From the NCBI GenBank assembly GCA_964389135.1, contig CAYMDA010000004.1, positions 72,832 to 136,831 on the forward strand: a DNA stretch of 64,000 nt, in the 5' to 3' direction. The DNA comes from an uncultured Verrucomicrobiota bacterium (GTDB lineage: Bacteria > Verrucomicrobiota > Verrucomicrobiia > Limisphaerales > CAIMTB01). Below the pieces are notes generated by a model, which had not been told where the DNA came from, made no database searches, and worked only from the letters and a program-made list of their open reading frames with translations. Shown piece by piece: positions 1 to 9,918 of this stretch (position 1 is the first letter of the stretch; the number at the start of each line of letters is the position of its first letter). Made by a program: the position numbers and the translations under genes.

Positions 1-701
1 GCGTGCAGGGCCACACGTCCGATCAGCGGCCGCTCGGGTCGGCCGCGAGGCTTTCGAAATCCGCTCTTGAGCTCCGAGAGCATCAGTGGCGCACCGCCGT
101 AGAGCTGGTCGCCGACCAGGGGGCACTTCACCCAGCGCAGGTGAACCCGGATCTGATGCGTGCGCCCGGTCAGCGGACGGCACTCGAGCCACGTGAAGCC
201 GACATACCGCCGGAGCACGCGGAACTGTGTGAGGCTGCGCTTGCCGCGCTTCCGCTGCACCTGGACATAACCCGGACGGGTGGGGTGGGGCCCGAGCGGT
301 GCATTCACCTCGAACGAGTCGGAGTCCGGCCCGTTGTGCGCCAGCCCGTAGTACGTCTTCAGGGGCTTCTCGGATCCGAAGAGGTTGGCGAGCTGCGTGA
401 GCACAGGCTTGCTGCGCGCGAGAAGGAGGACGCCGGAGGTCTCGAAATCGAGGCGGTGCGCGTTCGAGACGTACGACAAGCCGAGTTCACGCGACCACGG
501 CACACCGCGCTCGATGTGCTCGTGCAGGAGCCGCATGAGATTGGGGCGCTGCGGATCGTACCGATCGGGGCACGTGAGGAGGCCGGACGGCTTGTCGATC
601 GCGAGCAGATGCTCATCGATGTGGAGCACCGGAACCTCCCAGTACTCGCCCGTGGCGCGGGAGGAGAGCTTCAGGACCGGTGTGGAGCGCCGGGAACTCA
701 T
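1..701 (-). CDS. RluA-family pseudouridine synthase (C-terminus runs off the left edge of the window)
   Basis: Own minus-strand translation from the ATG (complement of 699-701): MSSRRSTPVLKL..LAIDKPSGLL..HRLDFETSGVLLLA..GRTHQIRVHL..GDQLYGG. The HRLD catalytic-Asp motif and GRTHQIR motif are RluA/RsuA hallmarks. It is absent from the ORF track because no stop lies in the window. The 3..1034 + ORF is its antisense shadow. Confidence 0.8.
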   Translation of the reverse strand, partial: MSSRRSTPVLKLSSRATGEYWEVPVLHIDEHLLAIDKPSGLLTCPDRYDPQRPNLMRLLHEHIERGVPWSRELGLSYVSNAHRLDFETSGVLLLARSKPVLTQLANLFGSEKPLKTYYGLAHNGPDSDSFEVNAPLGPHPTRPGYVQVQRKRGKRSLTQFRVLRRYVGFTWLECRPLTGRTHQIRVHLRWVKCPLVGDQLYGGAPLMLSELKSGFRKPRGRPERPLIGRVALH

Positions 702-939
702 CAAACCATGGAGCAGCGGGCGCGGAGCCGCGGGGCGCGCCGGGTTGACCGACAGGGGCGCGCAGGCGATGCCGCGGGCTCAGCGGCCTGTCGCGGAGTC
801 ATGGTGGCCGCCGCGGGGCGAAATGGACAGGCGAGCGGCATGGCATTCATGGAGCCGGGACCGGGAGACCGCCGGGGCCGCAACCCACCGGGCCGGCGGC
901 CCCGGCGGGTCGGCCTGCGGCGCGGCCTTCCGATCCATG

Positions 940-2625
940 CTAGGGCGCGGTGGAACCGGCTGCATCCTGGGATTGCCGGGATGACGGCACCTGAACATTC
1001 GCCTTGGCGAAGCGGTGGCGCTCCCACTCGCTAAAGGCGGCGAACCGGCCGAAGTGCCGCGCCTGTCGTGAGTAGTCCGGCAGCTCCGCGCTGACGAGGG
1101 ACTCGGGGGGAGGCTCGCGGCGGGTGAGGTGCAGCACGAAGCCGCCGTCGCCGGCCGGGATGAAGTCACTGGTCTGCCCGGGCTCGAGGTCTTCGGCCAC
1201 GCGCAGCATCTCGGAGACGATCAGGCTGGAACCCACCTCCGGGATGGAGAACGAGTCGCGGGAGAAATTGGTGACCGAGAGCACCTTGTGGCCGGCCTCC
1301 GCCGCGGCGGCCTCGAAGGATTGTCCCTGCGCGACCGCGCTGGTGATCCGCGAAACCAGCTCGCGACCCGCGGCCTCCGCGAGGGAACGGGCCTCCGTGC
1401 GGCGAAGGGATTCGCGCACCCGGTTCTCGACGATTTCCAGCGGCTGGATCTCGCTCGGTATGCGGCGCTCAAAGGCGAAAAGATAGACGCCGTCCTCCCC
1501 GGTGAAGGGGGTGGAGAAGGGGTTGTCCGGGGACAGGGCGAACGCCTGGCGATTGAATGTCGTCGGCACCGACAGATCCTCCGGGGGACGGAACTGATCG
1601 AACGGCAGGGTGGTGCGCGCCTCCAGTTGGTACTCCTGGGCGAGCTGGCTCAGGGACTCGGCGGTGGGTTCCATGCGGTACAGCCGGTTCGCGAACTCGG
1701 TCGCGCGGGCGCGCGCCGCCTGGAGGGCGAGCGCGGTCCGCGTTTGCTCGATCATCTGTTCCTTGGCCGCCTCCGGCGTGAGCACGGAGCCGTCGTCACC
1801 CCGGAAGGTCTCCGGATCGCGCGCCGCGTATTCCGCGTCGAGGATGGCGGCCAGGTTCGTGTTGGCGTTGAGCTGGGCGTCGGCCTCGGCGAGGAAATTG
1901 GTGACGTCGAACTTCACGTATCGAACCTGCATGCGCTCCGGCAGCCGGTAGTCAGCCATGCGGTTGCTGTAGTACTGGCTGACGCGTTCGGCGCTGAGAT
2001 CGACCTTGTCCATGTAGTTCGTGGCGGAAAGGACGACGAGCTGGGCGCCGAACTGTTCATTGGCCCTGAGGAAGCGGGATTCCACCTCGCTGGGCGGCAT
2101 CAGCGTGCCGCTGAGACCGCCGATCTGGACGAGCTGCTGGAGCGCGATCTCATGGCGCATGAACTCGTGGAAGTCGTTCCGCGTGATGCCCTGTTCCTGC
2201 TGGATGCGCGCGAGGAAATTGTCGTAGGCGGTGCGGCTGAAGCCGCCGGTCTGAGGGTCGCTGAGGAACGGCAGTTCCACGATCCGGGCGCCCACCACTT
2301 CGTCGGGAACCCTGATGCCGAGGCGCCGGGCCTCATCGAGCAGAAACAGCCGGCCGTACACCTGTTCCTCCTCATCCCACGAGGGGTCAGCCTGGCTGGG
2401 CCACTGGCCGCCCTGACGGAGGAAGAACGACAGGCGCACCTCCTTGCGTCCGGCCATGAAGTCCTCCCGCCCGATCGGTTCGCCGCGGATGCTTCCCAGC
2501 GCACCGCGCGGCATCGACGCCCCCCCGCCGCTCTGATTCGGCGAGAAGAAGATGACAAAGCTGACAATGACGATCCCGATAAAGATCAGGCCGATCGCCT
2601 GGTGCTTGCGGATGAACTGAAACAT
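940..2625 (-). CDS. PpiD-like periplasmic chaperone (SurA N-terminal-domain type, membrane anchored)
   Basis: 561-aa ORF. The N-terminus MFQFIRKHQAIGLIFIGIVIVSFVIFF is the typical PpiD signal anchor, followed by a long helical chaperone-like body. I saw no clear parvulin motif, so PPIase activity is not claimed. Confidence 0.6.
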   Translation of the reverse strand: MFQFIRKHQAIGLIFIGIVIVSFVIFFSPNQSGGGASMPRGALGSIRGEPIGREDFMAGRKEVRLSFFLRQGGQWPSQADPSWDEEEQVYGRLFLLDEARRLGIRVPDEVVGARIVELPFLSDPQTGGFSRTAYDNFLARIQQEQGITRNDFHEFMRHEIALQQLVQIGGLSGTLMPPSEVESRFLRANEQFGAQLVVLSATNYMDKVDLSAERVSQYYSNRMADYRLPERMQVRYVKFDVTNFLAEADAQLNANTNLAAILDAEYAARDPETFRGDDGSVLTPEAAKEQMIEQTRTALALQAARARATEFANRLYRMEPTAESLSQLAQEYQLEARTTLPFDQFRPPEDLSVPTTFNRQAFALSPDNPFSTPFTGEDGVYLFAFERRIPSEIQPLEIVENRVRESLRRTEARSLAEAAGRELVSRITSAVAQGQSFEAAAAEAGHKVLSVTNFSRDSFSIPEVGSSLIVSEMLRVAEDLEPGQTSDFIPAGDGGFVLHLTRREPPPESLVSAELPDYSRQARHFGRFAAFSEWERHRFAKANVQVPSSRQSQDAAGSTAP

Positions 2626-2755
2626 AGGACGTCGGGGCGCAAAGGTGGGCAGGCTAGCCGCCGCCGGAAATTCCGGTCAATGGTCGATTCGGCGGCGGTG
2701 AGCGGGTGCCGGCGCATGACGGGGGCCCGGCCGGGGCCGGACCCGCGCCGGGAGA

Positions 2756-3484
2756 TCACCACCAGATGAAATTGGGATCGGGCGGCGGGGACCAGATCCA
2801 GGGATCCATCGTCTCGGGCGGGGGGAACCGGTAGTACTCAATGTGCCCGTCGCCGAAAAGCATGTTGAAGCGGCTCTTGCCGCGGTCGTTGTGCCAGATG
2901 CTGCGGCGGTCGGAGTTGCCCCGGTTCGAGTGCCACGGCCAGTCGCCCTGAATGATCTTGTTGGCGGGGCTCCGGGCGATCTCGGAGGTCTTGATCGGTG
3001 TGCCCTGGGGGGTGCCGCGCATGCCCGGGTGACTGTCCCCCGTCACGTGCTTGACGCGGAAGGCGTCCGCGGCCCAGTTCACGAGATAGCTGTTGCCGTA
3101 CTGGAGGTAGCAGTTGGTCCCGATCCGGGTGTTGCGAAAGATGTCTCCCTTGTCCGCGGGGCACCGGAACGTCTCGTAGGCCTGCGTGTACTTGTTCAGC
3201 GGCCGGTTCGAGGCGGCCACGAACGTGTCGTACGTGCCGTCCTTTCCGCCGGTGGACGCCCAGTCCGGATGCACGGGGAAGTACTCGCCGTTGTCGTCGG
3301 CGTACATGAAGAAGGCATAGCCGATCTGGCGCTGGTTGCTCGCGCACTTCACCTGGTTTGCCTTGATCTTCGCCCGGGCGAGCGCGGGCAGAAGCATGCT
3401 GGCGAGGATCGCGATGATCGCGATCACCACGAGGAGCTCAATGAGCGTGAAGGCGCTTCGGCGGGAGCGCCGCGAGGTGGTCAT
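2756..3484 (-). CDS. Prepilin-type N-terminal cleavage/methylation domain protein (type II secretion/pseudopilin-like, DUF1559-like C-terminus)
   Basis: The N-terminus ..[26 protein letters not shown] is the canonical prepilin methylation motif. The C-terminal ..[13 protein letters not shown] resembles the H-X9-DG-type tail common in the PVC superphylum. Confidence 0.8.
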   Translation of the reverse strand: MTTSRRSRRSAFTLIELLVVIAIIAILASMLLPALARAKIKANQVKCASNQRQIGYAFFMYADDNGEYFPVHPDWASTGGKDGTYDTFVAASNRPLNKYTQAYETFRCPADKGDIFRNTRIGTNCYLQYGNSYLVNWAADAFRVKHVTGDSHPGMRGTPQGTPIKTSEIARSPANKIIQGDWPWHSNRGNSDRRSIWHNDRGKSRFNMLFGDGHIEYYRFPPPETMDPWIWSPPPDPNFIWW

Positions 3485-3706
3485 GCGCCCTCGTTATCGG
3501 GACGTTTAGCGTGCGTCAATGTGCATCTGGCGCCACACCTGTTGCGGAGTGCCGGGCCCTCCGATGCACGAACGCGCGAGGTGCGCAGCGCCGCGTCGAT
3601 CGACCCTCCGCCCGAGTCGGGGCAAACGCTTTCCGAGACCTCGCCAGGCTTGCATGCAGGCGATCCCGCGGTCTTTCATGGCCGCGAACCCCCTGACTTG
3701 GGCCCG

Positions 3707-4084
3707 GTGAACGCAGCCTCCGAGCATCCGGGCACGGATTTTCGCACCGCGTTCTGCGCGAAGTACCCATGCGAACCGGGCCAGTTCGAGAAGGCCGTGC
3801 TGAGGCGCTGCTTCCCGCTGCGGATGCGGCTGCCGGGGATCATCCTGCTCGCGATTCGTCCCCGGGAGTTCCAGCGCGAACTCGAGATGATCGGGCGTCT
3901 CGCGCCGGCGCGGAGCGAATCGCAGGTGCGCCAGGAACTGGAGGGATACGCCTACGAAATCCGGAGGGACCGGCCCTTCCGCGCGGGTATCGGCCTGAGG
4001 CTGTCCCGCAGGCGTTTCCTGCGCCTGATGCGCCGGGTGATGCTCACGGTGCAGACAGGCCGATCTCGGCCGCCAGTGTCCTGA
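3707..4084 (+). CDS. Hypothetical small protein (start uncertain)
   Basis: The C-terminal part of the 2843..4084 ORF reads protein-like (..FEKAVLRRCFPLRMRLPGIILLAIRPREFQRELEMIGRL..YAYEIRRDRPF..) with strongly G/C-biased third codon positions. GTG at 3707 is the nearest in-frame start I could place. Its tail overlaps the convergent monooxygenase gene by about 41 nt. Confidence 0.35.
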   Translation: MNAASEHPGTDFRTAFCAKYPCEPGQFEKAVLRRCFPLRMRLPGIILLAIRPREFQRELEMIGRLAPARSESQVRQELEGYAYEIRRDRPFRAGIGLRLSRRRFLRLMRRVMLTVQTGRSRPPVS

Positions 4085-5285
4085 GCTCCGGACCCGAGCC
4101 GGGCAGGCACGCGAGCAGCCGCTCGCGATACGCGTTGGTCCAGCTTCCGTGCGCGGCTTTGGCCCCGCGGAGGAGCTCCAGCCACTCGGCGCGACGGGTC
4201 TGGTCGTATTCGGTCAGGAGATCCAGCGAGGCGGAGTGCTTCAGGATTCGCTCGAGGCGGTTGGCGAGGTCGTCCGCCTCGCGAAGCCCGATGTTCATGC
4301 TCTGCATGCCGACCGGACTGGTCTGGTGCCCCGCGTCGCCCACCAGCCAGCAATGCTGGCGCCCGAAGCTCCGGGCGAGCATCGGCTGGAACGTGACGTT
4401 CGCCGTCCAGTCGATCTGCTGAATGCCGGCCTCGAACCATGGGGCGTGCGCGCGGATCCGGCTCTCGACGCGGCGTCGCGCCTCCCGATCGGAATCCTCA
4501 TCGAGCACGACGAGGGTTTCCGGAAGCGACTCGGCCGGGCTTTCCGTGGGCGCAGGCAGCTGCAGGCTCCAGCGGCACAGGGCGCCTGGCTGCGGCCAGA
4601 GGACGTCTGTGAACGTCGGACCGAGGGCCACCCGGACTTCCTGCGGCAGCTCGCGGTCGGGGGAGAACTCAAACATCTCGAATGCGGCCGGGGGGCCGAA
4701 ATGGTCCGACTGGATGCCGAGCAGGCGCCGAACGATCGACGATGCGCCGTCCGCTCCCACGAGGAACCGCGCCTGGACCTCGATGGTTTCCTCGACCGAC
4801 TCCTCCGAGCGCGCGACCGGATAACCGATCGACGTGACGCCGAGCTTCTCGACCACCGCCGTCACGCCGTTCTCGTCCTGGCGCAGGTCGTCCAGCCGGT
4901 GTCCCCACTGGACCCGAACCCCGCGTCCGCGAAGCTCCTCCTCGAAGCGTTCCTCGAGCTGATCCTGCGGCAGCACGAGAAGGAACGGGAAATCCGAATC
5001 GACCTTGTTCATGAGGATCTCGGCGCGTCGCTCGGAACCCTCGTAGAACGCCATGGTGTCCACGCTCAGCCCCGCGTCGATCAGCGCCTGGCCGAACCCA
5101 AGTCTGCTCAGCAGCCCCAGCGTGGAGGCGTGCAGCCCGCAGGCGTAGCTCTGACCTGCGGATCGCCACGCGCGATCAATGATCTCGACCTGGACTCCGG
5201 CGCGCGCCAGCGCCAGCGCCGTCAGCAGGCCCGTGGGGCCCGCGCCCACCACCAGAACATCAACCTTCCTCGAAAGGGATGACAT
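4044..5285 (-). CDS. FAD-dependent monooxygenase (UbiH/aromatic-ring hydroxylase-like)
   Basis: The internal start MSSLSRKVDVLVVGAGPTGLLTALALARAGVQVEIIDR gives a GxGxxG FAD Rossmann fold directly at the N-terminus. A later ..CWLVGDAGHQTSPVGMQSMN.. motif (DAAH-type GD motif) is typical of the family. Confidence 0.8.
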   Translation of the reverse strand: MSSLSRKVDVLVVGAGPTGLLTALALARAGVQVEIIDRAWRSAGQSYACGLHASTLGLLSRLGFGQALIDAGLSVDTMAFYEGSERRAEILMNKVDSDFPFLLVLPQDQLEERFEEELRGRGVRVQWGHRLDDLRQDENGVTAVVEKLGVTSIGYPVARSEESVEETIEVQARFLVGADGASSIVRRLLGIQSDHFGPPAAFEMFEFSPDRELPQEVRVALGPTFTDVLWPQPGALCRWSLQLPAPTESPAESLPETLVVLDEDSDREARRRVESRIRAHAPWFEAGIQQIDWTANVTFQPMLARSFGRQHCWLVGDAGHQTSPVGMQSMNIGLREADDLANRLERILKHSASLDLLTEYDQTRRAEWLELLRGAKAAHGSWTNAYRERLLACLPGSGPELRTLAAEIGLSAP

Positions 5286-5381
5286 GCCACGAGGGTCGGT
5301 CTGGCGCAGCCGAGATGCAATCCTGCCGTGGGGATCCGGCGCCCCGCCAGGCCGCGGCCGCACGGCGGGACCGGCCCGCGA

Positions 5382-6746
5382 TCAACCCGCCGCGGCGAGG
5401 TCCATCCCCCGGTCGAGTCGCCGCAGAACGCGCTCGCGCCCAAGGATCTCCATCAGATGGTACAGGCTCGGACCCACCATCCGGCCGGTGCACGCCACCC
5501 GGCACGGCTGCACCAGCGGACCCGCCTTGAGCCCGAGCTCCGCCGCGAGCTGCTTGAGGGCCGCTTCAAGCGCCGATGCCGTGAATTCGGGCAGGGCCGC
5601 GAACCGCTCCCGGAGCTTGCCGAGGAGGGGCCGCGCCTCGGGCGTGAGCGCCCTGGACCGCGCCTCCGCGTCGAAGTGCAGCGCGTCATCCGGCAGGAAG
5701 TAGAAGTCCACCCACCGAGGCAGTTCGGAGAACGGCCGGCCCTTCTCCTGGACCGTGCCCAGGGCGGCGGCGACGTATCCCGAGGGAAAACGCTCGATCG
5801 GGATCCCGGCACGCCGCAGCGCCTCGGAACCAAGCCTCGCGAACTCGGCGGGATCCAGCCGGCGCACGTGCTCGAAATGGAAATGCTCCAGCTTCTTCAT
5901 GTCGAAGCGGGCGTTGCTGCGATGGACATCGCGGAGCTCGAAGGCGCGGGCCGCGTCCTCCTTGGTGAACAACTCCCCGCCGTCCGGGGGCGTCCACCCG
6001 AGCAGGCAGAGGTAATTCGTGATGGCCGCGGGCAGGTAGCCGGTGTCCATGTACACCTGCATGACCGCGCCGAGGTCGCGCTTGCTCATCTTCGAACCGT
6101 CGGGGTTCAGGATGAGCGGAATGTGCGCGTAGGCGGGAGGCTCCGCGCCGAGCGCACGGAAGAGCGCGATGTGCTTCGCCGTGTTGCTGACATGGTCTTC
6201 GCCGCGGATGACGTGGGTGATGCCCATCTCGAGGTCATCGACCACGTTCACGAAGTGGAACACGGGCTGGCCGTCGCTCCGCACGATGACGAAGTCCGGA
6301 TCGGCCTGCTCGCGGTCGGTCAGGGCCCGGGTGATGTCGCCGATGATCTCGTCGTGAATGACCACGGGTTCCCGGGTCATCCGAAACTTCACCGCGCCCT
6401 CGTGCTCGTAGGCCATGCCCCGGTCCATGAGCTCCTTGCACCGGCGGCGGTAGATCTCGGAACGCTGCGACTGGAAGTAGGGACCGCGATCGCCGCGGCT
6501 CGGGCCCTCGGGATCGCCGGTCTCGGGTCCCTCGTCCCAGTCGAGGCCAAGCCACCGAAGCCCGTGGATGATGATATCCGTCGCTTCCCGGGTGTTCCGG
6601 GCCCGGTCGGTGTCCTCGATCCGCAGGATGAACGAGCCGCCCATCCGCCGCGCGTACAGCCAGTTGAACAGTGCCGTTCGCACCCCGCCGATGTGGAGGA
6701 AGCCCGTCGGCGATGGCGCGAATCGAACCCGGATCGGTTGCCGCAT
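5382..6746 (-). CDS. gltX: Glutamate--tRNA ligase
   Basis: MRQPIRVRFAPSPTGFLHIGGVRTALFNWLYARR (HIGH-class motif) and ..DGSKMSKRD.. (KMSKS motif). The ATG is the complement of 6744-6746. The longer track ORF (to 7004) is an upstream extension without protein-like sequence. Confidence 0.9.
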   Translation of the reverse strand: MRQPIRVRFAPSPTGFLHIGGVRTALFNWLYARRMGGSFILRIEDTDRARNTREATDIIIHGLRWLGLDWDEGPETGDPEGPSRGDRGPYFQSQRSEIYRRRCKELMDRGMAYEHEGAVKFRMTREPVVIHDEIIGDITRALTDREQADPDFVIVRSDGQPVFHFVNVVDDLEMGITHVIRGEDHVSNTAKHIALFRALGAEPPAYAHIPLILNPDGSKMSKRDLGAVMQVYMDTGYLPAAITNYLCLLGWTPPDGGELFTKEDAARAFELRDVHRSNARFDMKKLEHFHFEHVRRLDPAEFARLGSEALRRAGIPIERFPSGYVAAALGTVQEKGRPFSELPRWVDFYFLPDDALHFDAEARSRALTPEARPLLGKLRERFAALPEFTASALEAALKQLAAELGLKAGPLVQPCRVACTGRMVGPSLYHLMEILGRERVLRRLDRGMDLAAAG

Positions 6747-6938
6747 GCCGCGAGCATACGGCGCGGCCGCAACCGCTCCAACCGGCATTCGATGACCCGG
6801 GATCGCATGGCGGTGGACCCGCGGAGCTCCGGTGCAAGCGGGCGCCGGCCCCCGTTGTTCCGCAGGGCCTCGTGAAGGGTTCCGGCGCACGGCATCCAGT
6901 TGCCAGAAAAGGGAATGCGCTCTCCATTCACGCGCGCC

Positions 6939-7571
6939 ATGGAATCCACTGAACCCTCCTCCTCGATCGGCGCCGCCGCTGAGAAGGTGCGGCGCCCCGA
7001 GCATCCGATCGATCCGCTCTTTCTCCGTCGCTGGTCACCCCGGGCGATGACGGGGGAACCGATCAGCGACGCGGAGATCCTCACGCTGTTCGAGGCGGCG
7101 CGCTGGGCGCCCTCCACCTACAACGAACAGGAATGGCGGTTCATCTACGCCCGCAGGGACACGAGTCACTGGAACAGGCTCTTCGACCTGCTCGTGGAAG
7201 GGAACAAGGCGTGGTGCGCGAAGGCGGCGCTGCTCTGTGTCATCGTCGCGCACAAGGTCTTCGAGCGGAACGGCAAGCCGAATCCCGTCCATGCGTTCGA
7301 CGCCGGGCTGGCGTTTGAGAACCTCGCCCTGCAGGGGACCCGGATGGGCCTCGTCGTCCACGGAATGCAGGGCTTCGATTTCGACCGCGCGCGCAGCAGC
7401 CTCGGCGTGCCGGACGACTACGCCGTCTGCGCCATGTTCGCGGTGGGACGTCCCGGGGATCCCGCCGACCTTCCGGAGGAACTGCGCGAGCGCGAGCGGC
7501 CGACGCAGCGCAAACCGGTGGGCGAGATCATCATGGAAGGCGCGTTCGGAGCACCGGCGCGGGCCGGCTGA
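6939..7571 (+). CDS. Nitroreductase-family protein
   Basis: ..RRWSPRAMTGEPISDAEILTLFEAARWAPSTYNEQEWRFIY.. and ..GLVVHGMQGFD.. match the NAD(P)H nitroreductase fold signature. It is divergent from gltX. Confidence 0.75.
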   Translation: MESTEPSSSIGAAAEKVRRPEHPIDPLFLRRWSPRAMTGEPISDAEILTLFEAARWAPSTYNEQEWRFIYARRDTSHWNRLFDLLVEGNKAWCAKAALLCVIVAHKVFERNGKPNPVHAFDAGLAFENLALQGTRMGLVVHGMQGFDFDRARSSLGVPDDYAVCAMFAVGRPGDPADLPEELRERERPTQRKPVGEIIMEGAFGAPARAG

Positions 7572-7592
7572 GCTCCCGAACGGGCCCTCGCG

Positions 7593-7619
7593 CCGCCCGC
7601 GAACGAGCTTCGCGGGCGG
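7593..7619. terminator. GC-rich hairpin between convergent genes (putative bidirectional terminator)
   Basis: CCGCCCGCGAA-cgagc-TTCGCGGGCGG is a perfect 11-bp stem with a 5-nt loop. It lies between the nitroreductase stop (7571) and the ATPase gene stop (7644). There is no U-tract. Confidence 0.4.
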
Positions 7620-7643
7620 AGGCGCTCCCCGGCGGGAGGACCT

Positions 7644-8690
7644 TCAGCCGTGCACACCGTGGACAATGTCGCTGTCCACTCCGGCGGGGGCGGCCGAGTC
7701 CATCCGATCCGCGAGCGCGGCGTAGGTGGTGTCGAGGCGCCCGACCACCGCGGAATCGACCTCGACACCAGCCGCCTGCAGCGCGAGGGCTGCGGCGCCG
7801 AGGAGAGGGGCGAGCCGCATGGGTTCGTGCCGCACGGGGAGTTCCGCGCGCATCACACGGAAAAGGCTTTCGCGCACGGTGCTGTTGTGCCGGACCACCG
7901 AGCCGTTGAGCCACACCGGCACCGGCCGCGTGCGCAGGCCGACGAGCTGGACCGCCGCGATGGCCTGGCGCGCCAGCTCGGCGCCGGCGCGCTCGCAGAT
8001 GTCCACCCAGATCGGATCGCCCGGGTCCGCGTGCTGGGCCACATAGCCGGCAAGCGCGGCGAAGCGGTCCTTCGAGTACTTCGGCTGGTAGATGATCGGC
8101 ACGATCTCCGGAAGCGTCTTCACCTCGAACCACTTGGGAATGACTTCGGCCAGCGAGGTGGCGGGGCCCGTGCCGGTCGTTGCGGCAATTGCGGCCCGGA
8201 TGCATTCCCTCCCGATCCAGTACGCGCTTCCCTCGTCTCCGAGCAGGTGTCCCCACGCGCCGACCTGCGCGAACTCACCCTCCTCGTTGCGCGCGAGGAA
8301 ACTCGAGCCGGTCCCGCCCACGATGAGCACGCCCGGCCGGCCGAGGCTCGCGGCGTGATAGGCGGTCATCACGTCGCTCACCAGCCGAGTCGCTTCGAGC
8401 GGCAGGATGCCGCGGCACAGGAGCTCCTTGTCGCGTGCGGTGCCCTCGGTGAACAGGGCCGCGCTTCCGATGACCGTGTAAAGCAGTTCGTTTCCGAGCG
8501 GCAGCGCCGTTTCGAGCGTGCGCACCAGCTGGGTCAGGCTGCGTCGCGCGACCTGGATCGTCGTGCCGAAGAAATTGAGCGAACCGGCCTTCGCCGCTGC
8601 CACCGCGTTCCCGGCAAGATCCACTGCGACGCCAAAGCTGTACGTGGCGCCCCCATCGATCCCGATCACAACCCGCGCCCGGTCGGACAT
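7644..8690 (-). CDS. BadF/BadG/BcrA/BcrD-type ATPase (N-acetylglucosamine kinase-like, ASKHA fold)
   Basis: MSDRARVVIGIDGGATYSFGVAVD (phosphate-1 motif), ..LIVGGTGSSFLA.. (phosphate-2) and ..GHLLGDEGSAYWIG.. are typical of this kinase/activase family. Confidence 0.7.
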   Translation of the reverse strand: MSDRARVVIGIDGGATYSFGVAVDLAGNAVAAAKAGSLNFFGTTIQVARRSLTQLVRTLETALPLGNELLYTVIGSAALFTEGTARDKELLCRGILPLEATRLVSDVMTAYHAASLGRPGVLIVGGTGSSFLARNEEGEFAQVGAWGHLLGDEGSAYWIGRECIRAAIAATTGTGPATSLAEVIPKWFEVKTLPEIVPIIYQPKYSKDRFAALAGYVAQHADPGDPIWVDICERAGAELARQAIAAVQLVGLRTRPVPVWLNGSVVRHNSTVRESLFRVMRAELPVRHEPMRLAPLLGAAALALQAAGVEVDSAVVGRLDTTYAALADRMDSAAPAGVDSDIVHGVHG

Positions 8691-8774
8691 GGCCTCTATC
8701 TTCAGGGGAGGCCCGCGGCAGGCCAGACGAAAACGGGATGCCTGAGGCGGCCGCCGGCGCGGCCCGCGCCGTCG

Positions 8775-9740
8775 TCAGATCTGAAAGTCCACCTCACTCG
8801 GCAGGGCCTCCACGGGGCGCGGCCGCTTCGCCTTCACGACCATCCGGCCGTCCTCATAGAACACGATCGAGTCGGGCGCCACGCTGTGCGTCAGGAACAC
8901 GTTGCCGCCGATTGTGCTGCGGGCGCCGATCACCGTCTCGCCGCCCACGATCGTGGCGTTTGCGTAGATCGTGACGTGATCCTCGATCGTCGGATGCCGC
9001 CGCACGCCGCGGAGCGCCTGCCCGCCGGAAAGCGATCGGGCCACCAGGCCCACGCCCTGGTACATCTTCACGTGAGACCCGATCACGCTGGTCTCGCCCA
9101 CGACGGTGCCCGTGCAGTGGTCCACGAAGAAATGCGAGCCGATCCGCGCGCCCGGGTGGAGGTCCATGCCGCTGCGGGTGTGCGCCCATTCCGTCATGAT
9201 CCGGGGCACGAGCGGGATGTGCAGCAGATACAGTTCGTGGGCCATCCGCTGCACGGCGATCGCCTCCATGAACGGGTACGCCACGATGATCTCCTCGCGG
9301 CTCAGCGCAGCCGGGTCTCCCCGGTACGCCGCGTCGGCGTCCGTCTGCAGGATTTCCCGGATTGCGGGCAGCCGCCCGAGGAAGGCGCACGTCGCCTTGT
9401 GCGCCTCGTGCGGAATGTCCGCCCGCCGCACCCCGTCGGGAGGGGCGTACTCGAGGCTCTTCCGGATTTCGTCCTCGAGCCGGTCCTTCACCGACGCGAG
9501 GAGCAGCGTGGTCTCGACCTTCAGCTCCGAGGAGACAAGAGGCCGTTCGTCGAAGAACCCGGGGAACACGAGGCGCAGCAGGTCGTGCGTGATCGCGGCG
9601 ATCACCAGCTTCGACGGGAGATTCGGGCCGTTGACGTGGTTGATCCCGCCGGCCGTCGCGTACGACGCAAGGAGACGGTCGGCCAGCTGCGACACGGTCG
9701 TGTCCACAGCGGGCACTATGGGGCATCCACCGGCGCCCAT
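8775..9740 (-). CDS. cysE: Serine O-acetyltransferase (EpsC-type, extended N-terminus)
   Basis: N-terminal helical SATase region (..ITHDLLRLVFPGFF..AYRGDPAA..EEIIVAYP..) followed by left-handed beta-helix hexapeptide repeats (..HPGARIGSHFFVDHCTGTVVGETSVIGSHVKMYQGVGL..VTIYANATIVGGETVIGARSTIGGNVFL). Confidence 0.8.
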   Translation of the reverse strand: MGAGGCPIVPAVDTTVSQLADRLLASYATAGGINHVNGPNLPSKLVIAAITHDLLRLVFPGFFDERPLVSSELKVETTLLLASVKDRLEDEIRKSLEYAPPDGVRRADIPHEAHKATCAFLGRLPAIREILQTDADAAYRGDPAALSREEIIVAYPFMEAIAVQRMAHELYLLHIPLVPRIMTEWAHTRSGMDLHPGARIGSHFFVDHCTGTVVGETSVIGSHVKMYQGVGLVARSLSGGQALRGVRRHPTIEDHVTIYANATIVGGETVIGARSTIGGNVFLTHSVAPDSIVFYEDGRMVVKAKRPRPVEALPSEVDFQI

Positions 9741-9918
9741 GAAGCGCGAAGGCGATGGAAGCCCGACGGGGCGGGAACGTCGTCGCGCAAGCCACGCGCG
9801 GGCGTTGGATTTCCGCCGTGGGCCATGTCACCCTTGGGGCCCCCGGTCCTGTGGCCGGATGGAACATGATCGCCGCCCCACGCCCAGCACGGCGCCTGCC
9901 GGTCCGCCGAGTGTCCGC

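Noticed and set aside
3-1034. 343-aa plus-strand ORF at the left edge
   Set aside because: It is the antisense shadow of the RluA-type pseudouridine synthase, which I translated from the minus strand (HRLD and GRTHQIR motifs).
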